Part shown: in pieces, positions 12,495-25,957 of the stretch
Layout: each line of letters begins with the position of its first letter
How positions within the stretch are numbered: the stretch's first letter is position 1
Source: Schmidtea nova
Taxonomy: Eukaryota
Reading direction: 5' to 3'
Assembly (NCBI GenBank): GCA_044892505.1
Contig: CM097883.1
Coordinates: 388,368,001 to 388,432,000, forward strand
Length of the DNA: 64,000 nt
Notes under the pieces: generated by a model
Seen by the model: the letters and a program-made list of their open reading frames with translations, nothing else
The model's database searches: none
What the model was told of the DNA's origin: nothing
Position numbers and translations under genes: made by a program

Positions 12495-15400
12495 GTAATA
12501 TTTTCATTAAAAAATTTATTTAGAAAATTATAATTCATAACTTTCAAAGTACTATAAATAATATCCTAATTATCTTTTGGTTTCACTTTTGGTTTCACTT
12601 TTGATCTCTTTTTGTTTATGTCAATAATTTTCATAATTGCATGACTATAGATATTTTTTCCACAACAATTTTCCACAATACAATTATGAAATGTATCGAT
12701 ACTATAAAGAATGAATAATTTTAATACCTTTGAATGTAGTGAAAAAAATCTCCAACACTAATTGACATTCATCATTCATAATTTATTAAATATATTATGA
12801 CATTCAACATATCAAAATTTGTAAGGAAATCGTAAGCATTAAAGATTTCAAACGTTGGAAATATTTTGATGATTATTTCGAAAGAATTTTATGAGAGTTT
12901 TTAATGATAAAATGGCAATGCTCTTCGATTAATATCCAATCAAAAAGAAAATTATTGACAATATTTGTTTGATTTATTTGGTCATAATACTGCTTAGTTT
13001 TCTATGAACATCATTAATAATAGGTTCATTATTAAAAGAAATTTGCAGAGCTATTGAAATCAAAACATCGTTGACTTCATTTAAATGCGACTTTTACTGA
13101 TTATAGATAAGATATGAAATTCATTTATTTATTTCAAATTAAATAAATCAGAGCAATAAAAAGTTATTTTACTTTTATGGGTTCGATTTTACGGAAAAGG
13201 TTTTTAAGTATCTGTAATATTTGCTTTTTAATCCTCCAACCGCGGGCGGTATTTTAATTTGTATTATATAAAATTTCTGGTTTATTATAATAGTTGTTTT
13301 AACGGAGTATAAAATGAAAAATTTACGAGAAAAGTTGTATTTTATATTAGCGTAGCCGAATAAATTGTATGTAACTATTGATATAAAATTTCTACGTTGC
13401 TCATTGGTAGGAGGGTTAATATTTTTATTAAGTTTTTTCTCATTTTGTTTCAATATTCAAAATTTTGATTAACAATTGAATTTCTTTTAATCTTCTAAAA
13501 ATGCAACTCTCATATACTTTGTTTAATTCGTATGATCTCAATATAATAAATCAAATTTGCTTATTCAATTATTACTCAAGGTCATCTCAAATTTCCCCAA
13601 ATACAACGAATAAATTAATTCTATCCCGTGCTACCTTTGGATAAAAAAACTTATTTTAATTGCGATGAATATTTAATATTTTTACGAGTTTTTTTCAAAC
13701 GAAGTTTTTATTTCAATTTCTTTGACTGAAAATCTATTAATATATTGCAAAATCTTAATTTTTTGTGTAACAATAAATATTTTACAGTGGAAAATTGATT
13801 TGAAAATGACATTAATTGTTTTAATTTGGTAGTTAATTTTCGATTCTTCAAGTTTACCCTATATGCCTGAAAATGACGATGCTGAAATATTTAATTGACA
13901 TAATTGCTTTTAGAATCACGATCTTATAACCCATATAATCAACGGTCATCGTTTCGAAAACAAAATGCATATTAAATTTAACACTGAAATTCAATTCGAA
14001 TTATTTATTAAAATGGATAAATTTACATTTTCAAACGAAATAAGAAATAAATATCAAATGGAGCGTGTATGTGTAAACAATTGTTTATAATATTTTTATT
14101 GTTTGTAGTGTTCGTTATCATGCATAAACATCTTTTTCTTCTATTTTTAAAACGTGGACTATTATGTGCATAACATCTGCTTTAACCATTTTAACGTTAA
14201 ATTTTTTTCAAAAACCGTCTATTTTTCTTTTGTTTTAATTTGATACATTAAACTATTTTGACAAAATAGAACATTATTTTGAATGGAAGTGCGTGGTCAT
14301 GTAGGAATTATAAAAAATTGAAATCTTCAAATTTAATTGTCTTTATTGAAAAAAAATGAAGTTTTATTTTAATAATTTCAAAAATGAACATAATAGCTAA
14401 AGTTCTTTCGAAAAAAATTTTTAGATGTTCCTCAATGATTGTTACAATCAAAAATATTTCTTTTTATCTGTTACAGAGCACAATGTCAGTTTTTTCATTC
14501 AAAGACGAGTTTTCTTGGGATCCACGGTAAAGGGGTTAATGACTATAAATGTCTAATTATATAATTTACCTCTAACATTTTCATATTAACATAAAAACAG
14601 CGTATTCTTTTTTCTAATATATATATGCGTATGTATAATATTTTACGATATCAATATTACCTAATATCACTGATTTTCACTTATTATTGAATAATTTTAA
14701 CTACATATTTAAAAGCTTAAATATTCATAATAGATTTTATAATAAATTGAAAAAATTGTATATATTAGAACCTTGGTTATCCGAAAAATTGAGGTTCTAC
14801 TGCACTTATTACATTAACAGCTTATTTTAAAAGTTCATTTTGCATAAGTTTAATTTTCTTCAAAAAATAATTGGTTAATAAATTTTCATTATGTATAACT
14901 ACAAAACGCACAAAAGGTGTCTGCTAGAGATTATCAATATTTTTTAATTTATTGAAGCGCAAAATTTTAAAATTTCGTTTTTACAAAAAATGTACTTGTC
15001 ATGCTTACAAAATGAACGACTCAAATTTTTAACATTTATATATGTTTACACAAGAAATCTTATCAATTCATAAAAATACAAAAAATTAAAAAATTGTTTG
15101 TTGTAAAAAATTGCGTTGTAAATTTTAGATTTGTAAATTATAATAATAAATATCAACAATATGTCATTTGAAGAGTAATTTATAGGTGTGCCGATGAATT
15201 TAAAATTGAATAAATGACATTAAATAATTTTCTAAAATTATTTAAATGATTAAAAATTAAAAGTAACTTTTATTAATAAATTATTAAGATAATTGGTAAA
15301 GTGACATTAAAGTGTTTGATTAAACATCCCGACAATTTTTATCAATTTCTTTTGAATAGGCTTGAAGGAATTAGTTTAAAATAAAAAAAATTATTACTTC

Positions 15401-16339
15401 TTGAAACTATGAAATCCTAGAATGGGCATCATTAATTTAAATATGTGATTGAAGTATCTTTACTTTTAAAATCATTACCTTCATACAAATAATGTACATC
15501 CATGGTAACTTGTAATGATTTCAATAATTTTTAGCACTAAAAATATATTTTGTAATATTATAATAAATTTTTAAACTTTGCACGTCTTATTAAATTTGAA
15601 CTTTTATAAATTTTTAGATTATGTTAATTAATAAATAAGTCTATGTAGCGTTACACAATGTTGCTTCTAAATATAACATAATAAAATTTGGAAAAATAAC
15701 ATCTCACTTGTCTTCTCATATTTGTACTTTGAATAGAAATGAATTTGAAAAATATGATATAAAATACACTAAATAAATCTAACATTGCAATGTCTTGATT
15801 CTAAGGAAATAAACCATTTCTTATTATTCAAAGGTTTGTTATAAATACAAAGAAAATCTTAAAAATTAACAATAGTTTATTCTCAATTTAATATCCATTT
15901 AAGTTTTAATTTAATTTATATTTATGCTCAGTTTCTATTAGACGACGAGACTTTATAGAGTTTATAAGTATTCTTTATAAGTAACTATAAAGGTTGCTAT
16001 TTATTTTATCAAGTTTATTATACTCTGATTTTTCGAAAAATAGAAATTATTTTGAGATTAAATTATAGATCGGAGTTTTTAAATATAGATGTATATATGT
16101 TTGTATCTTTATATAATATATGTTTTAATTTGAAAAAAAATGATATTAAACAAATATATTTTTTTAAATAATATAATAATTTCCGTTTTCAAATGTCAGG
16201 AGGTCAATGAATTTGTTTGAATTGAATAAAATTTATTGATCTGTTGTCTTGAAAATAAAAAAAAGAAATTGAAAACATTCGATCAATGGTGATGCATGCT
16301 GAAGTTTGAGTATTTATTAATCCATTCTTTGACTAGTGA

Positions 16340-17640
16340 ATAAGTCCTTTAAGAGGCCTTGGATTTTCGGACAAATATATTAAAAGTGGTTTTAGCTTAA
16401 AATCACCCGCGGTATTTGCACCAAGTAGCAAAGTTAATTGTTCTTTAGACACCTTATAACCAGGCGCAGATTTTTTGGTTTATGAAATGTACGTGCGATC
16501 AGGCATACGCTTCCAATAAAGCCCTGTTTCGTCTACGTTAAACACTTGTTCAGGTTTATAACCACCTTTTTCAATAATTCCTTTAAAATGTTGGGATATT
16601 CCTTAGATGCGGCCTCATCGGCGCTACCTGCTTCACCTTTCATTTTCAAATTATGCAAATTAAATCTATTTTTCAATTTTTCAAACCATCCCCAGCTTGC
16701 TTGGAATGTGACATCTTTAGCAGATTCATCAACATCTCCATTCTTCAAATTTTCGAAAATACTTAAAGCTTTTTCTTGGATAGTCATTTGACTCATTGGC
16801 ATTCTCCGTTTATTATTGTCCTCAATCCATATAATCAATAGTTTTTCCATAATCCAGTTTCTTTGGCGTGTTAATCTCGTGACATTTAAAGGTACAGCAG
16901 ATTGCAAATATGTTTTAATGTCTTCTTTTTTATCGCGAATAGTTTGAATGATAGATTTCGCAAGTCCCATTGCCTTGCATATTTCAACAATTTTCTCTCC
17001 TTTTATACGACGTAATACTTCTAGTTTGGTTCCTAGCGTGAATGATTTTCGGCATCTCTTTTTATCAGTCTCCGAAGTCGATAATCGTTTCGGTTGCATT
17101 TTGTCTAAAAAATAATGAAATTATAAAATAAGTTTAATAAAAAAATACATATAAAAAAATTTTAATTTGTACATACATACATATGTACTTACGTACTAAA
17201 AATGCCCCTAATTGTTTCCAATTTTTCCAATTAATGTGTAACAATCAGTAATAAATACACCTAATTCCGAAAGATAAAAGTTTCTATAATCTAAAAAAAT
17301 CGATAGAATTATATTATAGGAACACACAAACTTACCTATATATAAAAATTTAATGTTAATATTTTCATAAAACATAAAACACTCACAGACAAGTCTAAAC
17401 CAGTCGCTTTATGAGCACACACTGAATAACGCTAGTAAACAAGAGGAAATAGAAAATAGTGTGCATCGAGATTGCGCTTGCGTAAAATTGGCAACGTGTA
17501 GATATATCGATATCGGAAAAAAGTTTTTTTGCCTATATAGCGAAACATTTTAGGCCGTAAATCGAAAACGTGCCTTAATGGAAGAAGGCCGTTATAGCGA
17601 AATGCCGTATAAAGAGCGGCCGTATAGTGAGGTATGGGTG
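16340..17640 (-). mobile_element. Tigger (pogo, TIGD1-like) transposon, 3'-truncated
   Basis: ORF 16533-17099 has HTH_psq/CENP-B features (KSFTLGTKLEVL, MEKLLIIWIED, FQASWGWFEKLKNR). After a frameshift it reads GGYKPEQVFNVDETGLYWKRMPDRTYI..LTLLLGANTAGDFKLKPL. The 5' end is TA|CACCCATACCTCACTATACG at 17640. Confidence 0.85.
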
Positions 17641-20593
17641 TAATTTTATCGTTCAATTTAATTAATACAACACACATGCTAACTTCCAAACTATTTAAAA
17701 CCATTCAAAATACACGTGTTCACCGAAATAGGTTTGTGAGAAATTCTGTAACACTATGATATTCATATTATTCAAATAATATAATAGGAATGGTGTTTTA
17801 CAATACATATTTCAAATATTAATCTAAGAATATTTGAGATGGTTGTGAAATTGGTTAGAATCAATTTTAGAATAATTATGGACATAATTTGCACAAAACA
17901 AAAAACTATATTAACAGGATTCGAGATAAATTATGATCCAGAAAAATAACACAGCATTTAAACGTGATTGACATGTTATGTTTACACATACACAATTTTA
18001 TTCAGTTGGTATATAGTTAGTATACTATACTATTTATTGTTTTAATTCACTGATGAAGTTTTATGATTAAACTTTCCTAACAATTTCTATTATTAAATAT
18101 TCATAACATTTTTTAAATATTTCATGTAGCTAAATATTCCAAATAGTGATCACAAATAGCAGTGTACATTAAAATTTGTTGTATAAGAGATTTGTTTCTT
18201 AAGCAAATTCTTTTATTACTTTCGTCATAATAACAAGATTATTTACACTATGTAGCAAAATGCTATAAAATTTTTTTATGTTTTCATATAATAATACAAA
18301 ATGACTTATAGGGTCATTAATCATTTTTAAAAATTGTTCGAAAATCACTCTTGACAGAGCTTATTTGAATAATTGGTTTATTATCTGTTGTTACGGTTTT
18401 AAGCGGTTTAAGTATTGAAAGTTTTAATATGTAACGAATATGAAATCAAATCAGACTTATTGAAGCGAATAAAAATTGATGAGAATAAAATTTTTGCTGC
18501 CTTTTTGGAATCAGCGTGCATTTTCCATGGTAGGAAACATTTGTACGAAAATACTATCCCTACAGGACTACAGGAATCTAGAAAATTGATGTTCAGATAT
18601 ATCGCGACTTGTTTGGTAAAGTTGATGGATTTGGATGTTGCTGGATATGGAAGAGCGAATGTATCTTCGCGCAATTGCTCATTATTAGTATTAGAATTAC
18701 TTTTTTTATTTGCATTTTATAATATATTTATTTTTTATTTCTGCTTTCAATAAAATATTTTTATTAGTTAGTAATATAGTTAGTTTTTTAGTAATGTTAT
18801 TATTATTTTGGATAAATCGCCAGTGAATGAGAAATCAGTCTGACGAATCGTCCCTGATGAAACGTCTGCATACAAAATTATTTACTTTGTCGATAGCAGA
18901 GTATTTTTAAAATATAATAATAAAATTAAAAATGGTTAGTCTTTCCCGATATTTCATTCACTAATTGTACATGACATATTCGATTTAAACAAAACATCCT
19001 GAATGTTGTTTTATTCATTTAAAACACATCAAATTGTGACAACTGACAAATATATCCTCAACCTCAATATTGACAAAAAATGAGTGATATTTATTATGAA
19101 AATTAATATACAAAATCTAAAACATTTATCTCTAGGTTTCATTTTTCTTCAGAAAAAGTCAATGATTACAGTCTAAATTTTGTAATAATAAAATTCTAAT
19201 TATTAAATAATTTAAAATATTTGAAATTTGCTTACTTCTTTTCTAGTTTTCTGGTTTAATATTTTAATTTATTTTAATTAATTTTAATTTTAATTACAAT
19301 TATTGAATTTCAAGTTTCCAAAAAAATTTCAGAAAGAAATTTAATGTTTTCAACAAAAATTCATATATTTGAAAATTTACAAATTTCTGTTCCTAATTCA
19401 TAAATGTCAGTCATTTAAATATTTTTTTAATAATCTTCATTTTTAAATTCATTTTGTCTTTTACTTATCAATCTTTAGATATTAAATTGCCTTTATTTCA
19501 TTAAGTTGCAAATGAAACTTCTAAGGTCATTTTCAATCTCTGGATAAATATATAGATTACACACTTACGCTTCATTAACCCTCTACGAACCAAATTATTC
19601 AAAATATTTTCTAAGTATTTTCAATTTGACTCCAATTTCAGCCTTCATTTGTCTCTCGGATCTATTTCGAACAAAAGGAGAATTTTTCCTATTGGATTTA
19701 TGTGGAATATTTTGTTATCTTCTATTTGAATTTATAACTAATAAATTATTAAAAACATAAAAAATGTAATAATAGATAATTCTATTTTAACCCAATGGAC
19801 TTGGGTGTTACTTATTTTGAGGGACGGATGAAGGTTAAGTAGATAAATTGGAATTCATTAGAATAGTTGGCTTATTCCTATATCAATATTAAAGTCATAG
19901 TTAAAGATTGATAATATTTGGCGCTTAAAATAACCTTTATTTAGAATGACAATTCAGATATAATACAATTATAAAAAAGTTGATCACCTTTTGTATTTAG
20001 CACATTTTTAAAAGTTTATTATTTTCGCTTTCACTCTCTTAATTTAAATTTAAAATCTATTGTGGAAAGTGGTTTTTACCGTCCCAATTTATTATTCCTT
20101 TCTAAACTTTGTTTTATAAGTTATATTTTGTAAATTAATTTTATGCTACGTCTTTGAAAAAAAATATTAAAAATTTTTACAAAAAAAATTTCATTAGCGT
20201 TCATTAATTTTTAATTTTGATGATATTCGAAAATTATCGAGTAATATAACTAAGGCATTTAATCACATTCATACATTCAATTGCATGCACATGTGTTACA
20301 ATGATTGAAAATTTCACACATAATCATAAAAAATGGGCCAGTCATCCTCTAATTTTAATTTAAATTTTAAATATTTATTGGATCTTGGCAAACTCAAAAG
20401 ACGAAACAGATCTCGGTGGAATCGAAAAAATAAATATGAAAAATGTCAAAAAAAAAGAAAATAGTATGTTGATATTACAGGGTCTGATTTAGTTGATTTT
20501 TCACGTGACCTGAAATATATCAAATTCTTGATAATAAAATTATTTCCTAAATGTTATAGACACCTATTTTCTATGAACCCATCTATAATAATA

Positions 20594-21195
20594 ATAAATA
20601 AGAGAACACCATTTTTTTAAATATATTAATGCAATATATTTCAACAGCTTAGCTGTCATCATCAGGCTTTCCACAATCTCAATAAAATAAAAATTGATCC
20701 TATTTATACGCTTAATAGTGATTACATAATTACACGTGCATAATCCAATAAAACTTTTATTTACCCTAGTAAAATTAATTAAACACTCTCAAAATGCATG
20801 TAGATATTGCATTTTGTATATTTATTTTTGGATTAAATGATTTTATCATCAAAGCCTCACAATTCACACGTTCATAATAATTTTTAAAACCCCTAGAAAG
20901 TATTTTGAAATTAGAAATATCAATGCTCTTCTTGCAAGTCTTATTATGCTCAATAATGTCAGAGATGACGGGCAGTCTCTCCAATGTATGTGGCATTACA
21001 CCCATTACAAGTAAAACGATATACGAGATCAGAACACAGACCAAATGGCGTCACAGATTTATTACTGACATGTCCCGAACTTTGCAAGACTTAGAAATTA
21101 TTTTAACATTAGTATTTCCAATATATTTTATAATAGATTTTTTAAAATTTACAAATTCCTCAGAAAACGGTAAAACTATAACAGAACCAATGCAA
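20594..21195 (-). mobile_element. Penelope-like element 3' end (GIY-YIG + pseudo-LTR), inverted copy
   Basis: 602-bp near-identical reverse complement of 21479-22080. The ORF track shows the same peptides at 20775-21044 and 21630-21899. Confidence 0.85.
20628..20672 (-). ncRNA. Minimal hammerhead motif, inverted copy
   Basis: Reverse complement of the 22002-22046 motif. Confidence 0.6.
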
Positions 21196-21289
21196 TCATT
21201 CAAGTTACTTTTATTTATTTCATTATTATTTTACAATCAACACCATCATTCATTCCCATAACAACATCACCTGTTTCAATCAAAGGACG

Positions 21290-22080
21290 TCAACTTATTG
21301 TAAATCTATAAATATTATTGATAAATTACTTAAATTACTACAGAATAATGGATATTCAAAATATTTTTTGCAACGAATGGTGAGTGAAACTGTTGATAAG
21401 TCTATTAATAAGTTGAATGTGATTGATGAAAAAATTTCCCCTGGTGTTGATCCGTTTAATACCTCTGACAGTGTTCCTTTGCATTGGTTCTGCTATAGTT
21501 TTACAGTTTTCTGAGGGATTTGTAAATTTTAAAAAATCTATTATAAAATATATTGGAAATACTAATGTTAAAATAATTTCTAAGTCTTGCAAAGTTCGGG
21601 ACATGTCAGTAATAAATCTGTGACGCCATTTGGTCTGTGTTCTGATCTCGTATATCGTTTTACTTGTAATGGGTGTAATGCCACATACATTGGAGAGACT
21701 GCCCGTCATCTCTGACATTATTGAGCATAATAAGACTTGCAAGAAGAGCATTGATATTTCTAATTTCAAAATACTTTCTAGGGGTTTTAAAAATTATTAT
21801 GAACGTGTGAATTGTGAGGCTTTGATGATAAAATCATTTAATCCAAAAATAAATATACAAAATGCAATATCTACATGCATTTTGAGAGTGTTTAATTAAT
21901 TTTACTAGGGTAAATAAAAGTTTTATTGGATTATGCACGTGTAATTATGTAATCACTATTAAGCGTATAAATAGGATCAATTTTTATTTTATTGAGATTG
22001 TGGAAAGCCTGATGATGACAGCTAAGCTGTTGAAATATATTGCATTAATATATTTAAAAAAATGGTGTTCTCTTATTTAT
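21290..22080 (+). mobile_element. Penelope-like element 3' portion (RT C-terminus, GIY-YIG endonuclease, pseudo-LTR)
   Basis: Frameshifted reading: IIDKLLKLLQNNGYSKYFLQR ... SDLVYRFTCNGCNATYIGETARHL ... NFKILSRG..YYERVNCEALMIKSFNPKIN. This is the PLE GIY-YIG pattern (VY.F.C..C...YIG.T.R.L). Confidence 0.85.
22002..22046 (+). ncRNA. Minimal type I hammerhead ribozyme motif (PLE-associated)
   Basis: Parses as aaaGC-CUGAUGA-U-GACAGC(UAA)GCUGUU-GAA-AUAUAU-U-GCauu: canonical core, 6-bp stem II, palindromic stem III and a weak stem I. Predicted cleavage is after 22041. Confidence 0.6.
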
Positions 22081-22114
22081 ATGAATAAATTGCCATTTTT
22101 ATTTTATAGTTTAT

Positions 22115-22116
<2 letters not shown>

Positions 22117-22194
<78 letters not shown>
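22117..22194. repeat. (AAT)26 microsatellite
   Basis: Direct reading. It lies just 3' of the PLE copy and produces the spurious poly-N ORF 22000-22239. Confidence 0.95.
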
Positions 22195-22195
<1 letters not shown>

Positions 22196-24371
22196 GTATT
22201 ATTAATTATAATAGTATTATTATTATTAATATTAATTAATATTAATAACAATATCATTAATAATAATAGTGAATAAATATAAATTTAATATACAATAGGT
22301 TAAGGGATAAAGCCGAAAATATGGTTAAGGATAGAAATAAACTTAGTATTTACTTATAATTTGTCAGTAAAACATTAAATTAATCTTTTTATTTGAATTA
22401 TTGTGGCGTATAATCTGTTAAAAGTCCAATAACATTAAATATTCTGTTGTTAGTTTCTTATAATTTTGATTTGAATAATTCATCATTTGAAATTGGTTGC
22501 CAAACCTGTATTGTTTAATTAATTTTCAATGTCCAAAAATAATTTTAATTGCCTTAAAATTATTTTTGGCCATTTGTCCATCAATAATCAGACACGTAAA
22601 TCATTTATTAAATGTATCAGATACATTTTAAATAATAAAATATTTTATTCTTCCAAAATATAATTTCAAAAACTAATAGAATCTTGTAGATAATAGAACT
22701 TTTACTATTTTTTCTGAATTTTCTGTATTTTGTTTAATTTCTTATTAGTTTTTCTTTTAAATCAATTGTAGAACTTATAGAACAGGTATTATTTTCTTTA
22801 TCTTTTGTTGTCATAAATAATAAAATATTCACTATTACCGGACTCCTTTCTCATATTTTCTATAAATAAATCTGTTACATAAGTTAAAAAACTGATTAAA
22901 ATATAAAAAACACTTAAAATAAATATAGAATATAAACTGTATAATCACGGGATCTCTTGAATTCGGTTCACATTTATTGTTATACACGTATGGAAATACA
23001 AATATAACATCATGTGATTATAAAATTTCATTATTTTTATTCTTCTAAATATGTATTTTGCTAGAAAAATATTTCTTCCCATTGTTAAAGAAAATCAACA
23101 ATCTCATCTCTACTACTTTTCTAATAAGCCATTGTATCAATTTATTCATTATCCAACGCAGTCAAAATTTTATTTTCTATTTACCAATCTTTTTTTAAAA
23201 AATCAACTTAATTTTAAATTTCCAATGAATTTGTGTACATTATTTTGGGCAATATATTCGTGTTACAACTCTCGAAATATAACAATAGAAATAATAAACA
23301 GCAGTTTTAATTTTTATGATTGTTTTCGCTTGTTTAATTGTTTAATTGGTATAAGTATGTATTTAGAAAATGTAATAGTTATAAATAATAAAGATAATAT
23401 TCTTATATAATTTCCCTTTCCAATTTCTGATGTCGAATTTAAAGTACCATGAATTCTTAATTGAAAGAAGTGCATAAATATTTTTTCAAATATGAAATTT
23501 CTTAAGGGCTTAAAAATTGGAGAAAAGAGGTTTTTAAAATTTACACAATAATTTTCTTATTTAATTTTTTTCTCATTACATAATTTTCATCAGATATATA
23601 TTTACTGACGATGGAAACTCATTGCGTATAAAAGCGATTGATTTTATTTAGATTTTCCATTTTTGGTCAAAGATAAGTGCTCGTGAAGTCCCTAATAAAA
23701 CAGAGAGAGAGAGAGAGATCTACGGTATAGAAAAATTCTAAACAAATAAATGTCATGAAGCTTTCTATATTTGAGTGATTGTTGGATATTAATTAACAAA
23801 ATTAAATTAATCCAAAATATTTAAAGTGATAATTTTTTATGGTTATAACTGAGTTTAAATTTCATTTGAAGATATTAAATATTTTTTTCGTTTAAAAATG
23901 GGTTGACTTCAGTCTTTTGAAAGTCCCTTGAAAAAAGCGGCTTCTAACAATGGATAGGTTATAGACCATAAATATAAATAAATAATTATAATTATACTTG
24001 TCATTTAAAACTTTTGCAAATTCTTGAATATTTTGAAATTGTTAAGTCAAACTTTAAAAATTAATTTTTTAATAATTTAATACATTTTACACTATTGTAA
24101 AAATGACAAATTATCATTAGATTTTTTAATTTTTTAATTCATCTCTCTGGCTGATAACTCTGGTATTTCGGTGCCGAAAGGAGGGGCACAATTGCGTGTA
24201 AATTCTACAAATATTGGGAAGTGGGTCCAAGTAATCGCCTTTTTATTATTGACATCAACTACTAAATCAAATTATTTGTGTGATTGTTTATATGTTTATA
24301 TTGAATGCAAATTTTAATTTAACAGTGAATATTATCAATTTTTATAAACTGTTACTATATTGATATTATAG

Positions 24372-24836
24372 GACATTGGACTGAGTCATATTTGTGATGG
24401 TCTTTGTGAACAATTTCTGCCTCAACCAAGTAAAGATGATGAAAATCATGGACAAGGATTGTTGTGTCTTATATTGTGGAGTAATTCTATTACGTACAAT
24501 GGAATGCCTGCATTGTCGGAGGCCCTTAAAGTGAACAGGAGCTTGCAATCACTTAATTTAGGAAACAATCCAATTTCCAGTGAAGGTATGCATGCTCTTC
24601 ACGATGGTCTTCTAGTCAATCGATCGTTATTACGACTAAGTTTGCCCTGTTGTCGCATTACTTGTGAAGGTGGAGTAGCGATTGCTGAATATTTAGCCGA
24701 CACAAAACAATTAATGCGACTTGATTTACGTGATAATGACATAAAAACAGCTGGATTAATGGCGATTTCTCATTCAATGAAAGTTAATAAAAGTCTTATC
24801 AGATTAGATCTTGATCAAGTATCTAAACGAGATCCG
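24372..24836 (+). CDS. PPP1R37: PPP1R37-like exon (LRR region)
   Basis: ATAG acceptor, phase 0. Reads DIGLSHICDGLCEQ..GLLCLILWSN..LNLGNNPI..ITCEGGVAIAEYLAD..LDLRDNDIKTAGLMAISHSMKVNKSLIRLDLD..DP, then a GTAAGA donor. Continues the previous exon in frame (NNSLG|DIGL). Confidence 0.85.
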
Positions 24837-25599
24837 GTAAGAATTTTTGCAAGTTCCTAATTCTTTATAAAATTCCAAGCGTTCGATTTTCGATAAAATA
24901 TTGAAAGTTAGCATTTGGATTATATTTTTATTAGTAAATTGATAAAAATAGCTTGTACTTATGTTTCATATTTGGACATAATTTATTGATTTTTATAAAA
25001 ACTGCAAGTCAAATGTTTGAGATTAACCATAGAAATGTTTAGCCGTGCCAACAAAAATTAATCATAATAATTTGTGATTTTGGGAAATAAATCATAAACT
25101 GTAAATCATTTATAAAATGTATTGTTTTGTAGCTAGCAGAGTTTATTAAAATATAATAATAAGGTAACAGTGTTAAGCCTTTCTCCGCAATGTTTATTAA
25201 ATAAAATATTTCGATCTTCAAAATATCCTGATAACTCCAATACGAAATTCTTTCCAATTGACTTTCTACTTCTTGCTGGATATTTTCTTTCTCCTGAATT
25301 CTGATTTCATATAAATTATTAAAACAAATTAAGATTCATCGTCGAAATAAATTTTTAAAAAAATTTATGAGAAATTAAATTTTTTTATTAATCTTCAAAA
25401 AATTAGAACATTTTTTAAAAATTGAAAATTTTTATACAAAATTAAAATGTTTTTAAATAAAATGCTATTATAAATTTCTCTAAAATAAATCTTAATTTTG
25501 AATAAAAAATTTTCTCAGTTATTTCAAAGATGACGTTAATCTGGCTAAGATTGAAATTATAAAATATATTGTTTTGGCGTTAGCAGAGTTTATTAAAAT

Positions 25600-25708
25600 A
25601 TAATAATAAGGTAACAGTGTTAAATCTTCTTCGCAATGTTTATTAAATTAAATATTTCATCAAATTAACATTGCGGAGAAAGGATTAACACTTTTACCTT
25701 ATTATTAT
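25600..25708. repeat. Fold-back (MITE-like) inverted repeat, with a partial direct copy at 25134-25209
   Basis: ATAATAATAAGGTAACAGTGTTAAATCTTCTTCGCAATGTT pairs with AACATTGCGGAGAAAGGATTAACACTTTTACCTTATTATTAT. Confidence 0.65.
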
Positions 25709-25957
25709 AAAACAATATTGGAACAAAAGCGGTACCATTATTTTATCACTACAAATTGAAATATAATGTGTTCATGAATATTTAACTACTTAGCTGCGGG
25801 TTGCATGCATATATGACGCAAATTTATAGCGGAGTGATTATACCAACAGCTACAAGGTTAAATTCAGTAAAATCTTATCTCTTTATAGTATAAAATTTAT
25901 ACCATTGATCTATTTTTCTTTCAATTTACTTAATCTTCATTTGTTCATACTATAGAT

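Noticed and set aside
14766-14800. TAGAACCT..AGGTTCTACTG micro inverted repeat resembling Tigger ends
   Set aside because: Only about 35 bp, too short to call.
22000-22239. Poly-Asn ORF
   Set aside because: An artefact of the (AAT)26 microsatellite and the PLE pseudo-LTR.
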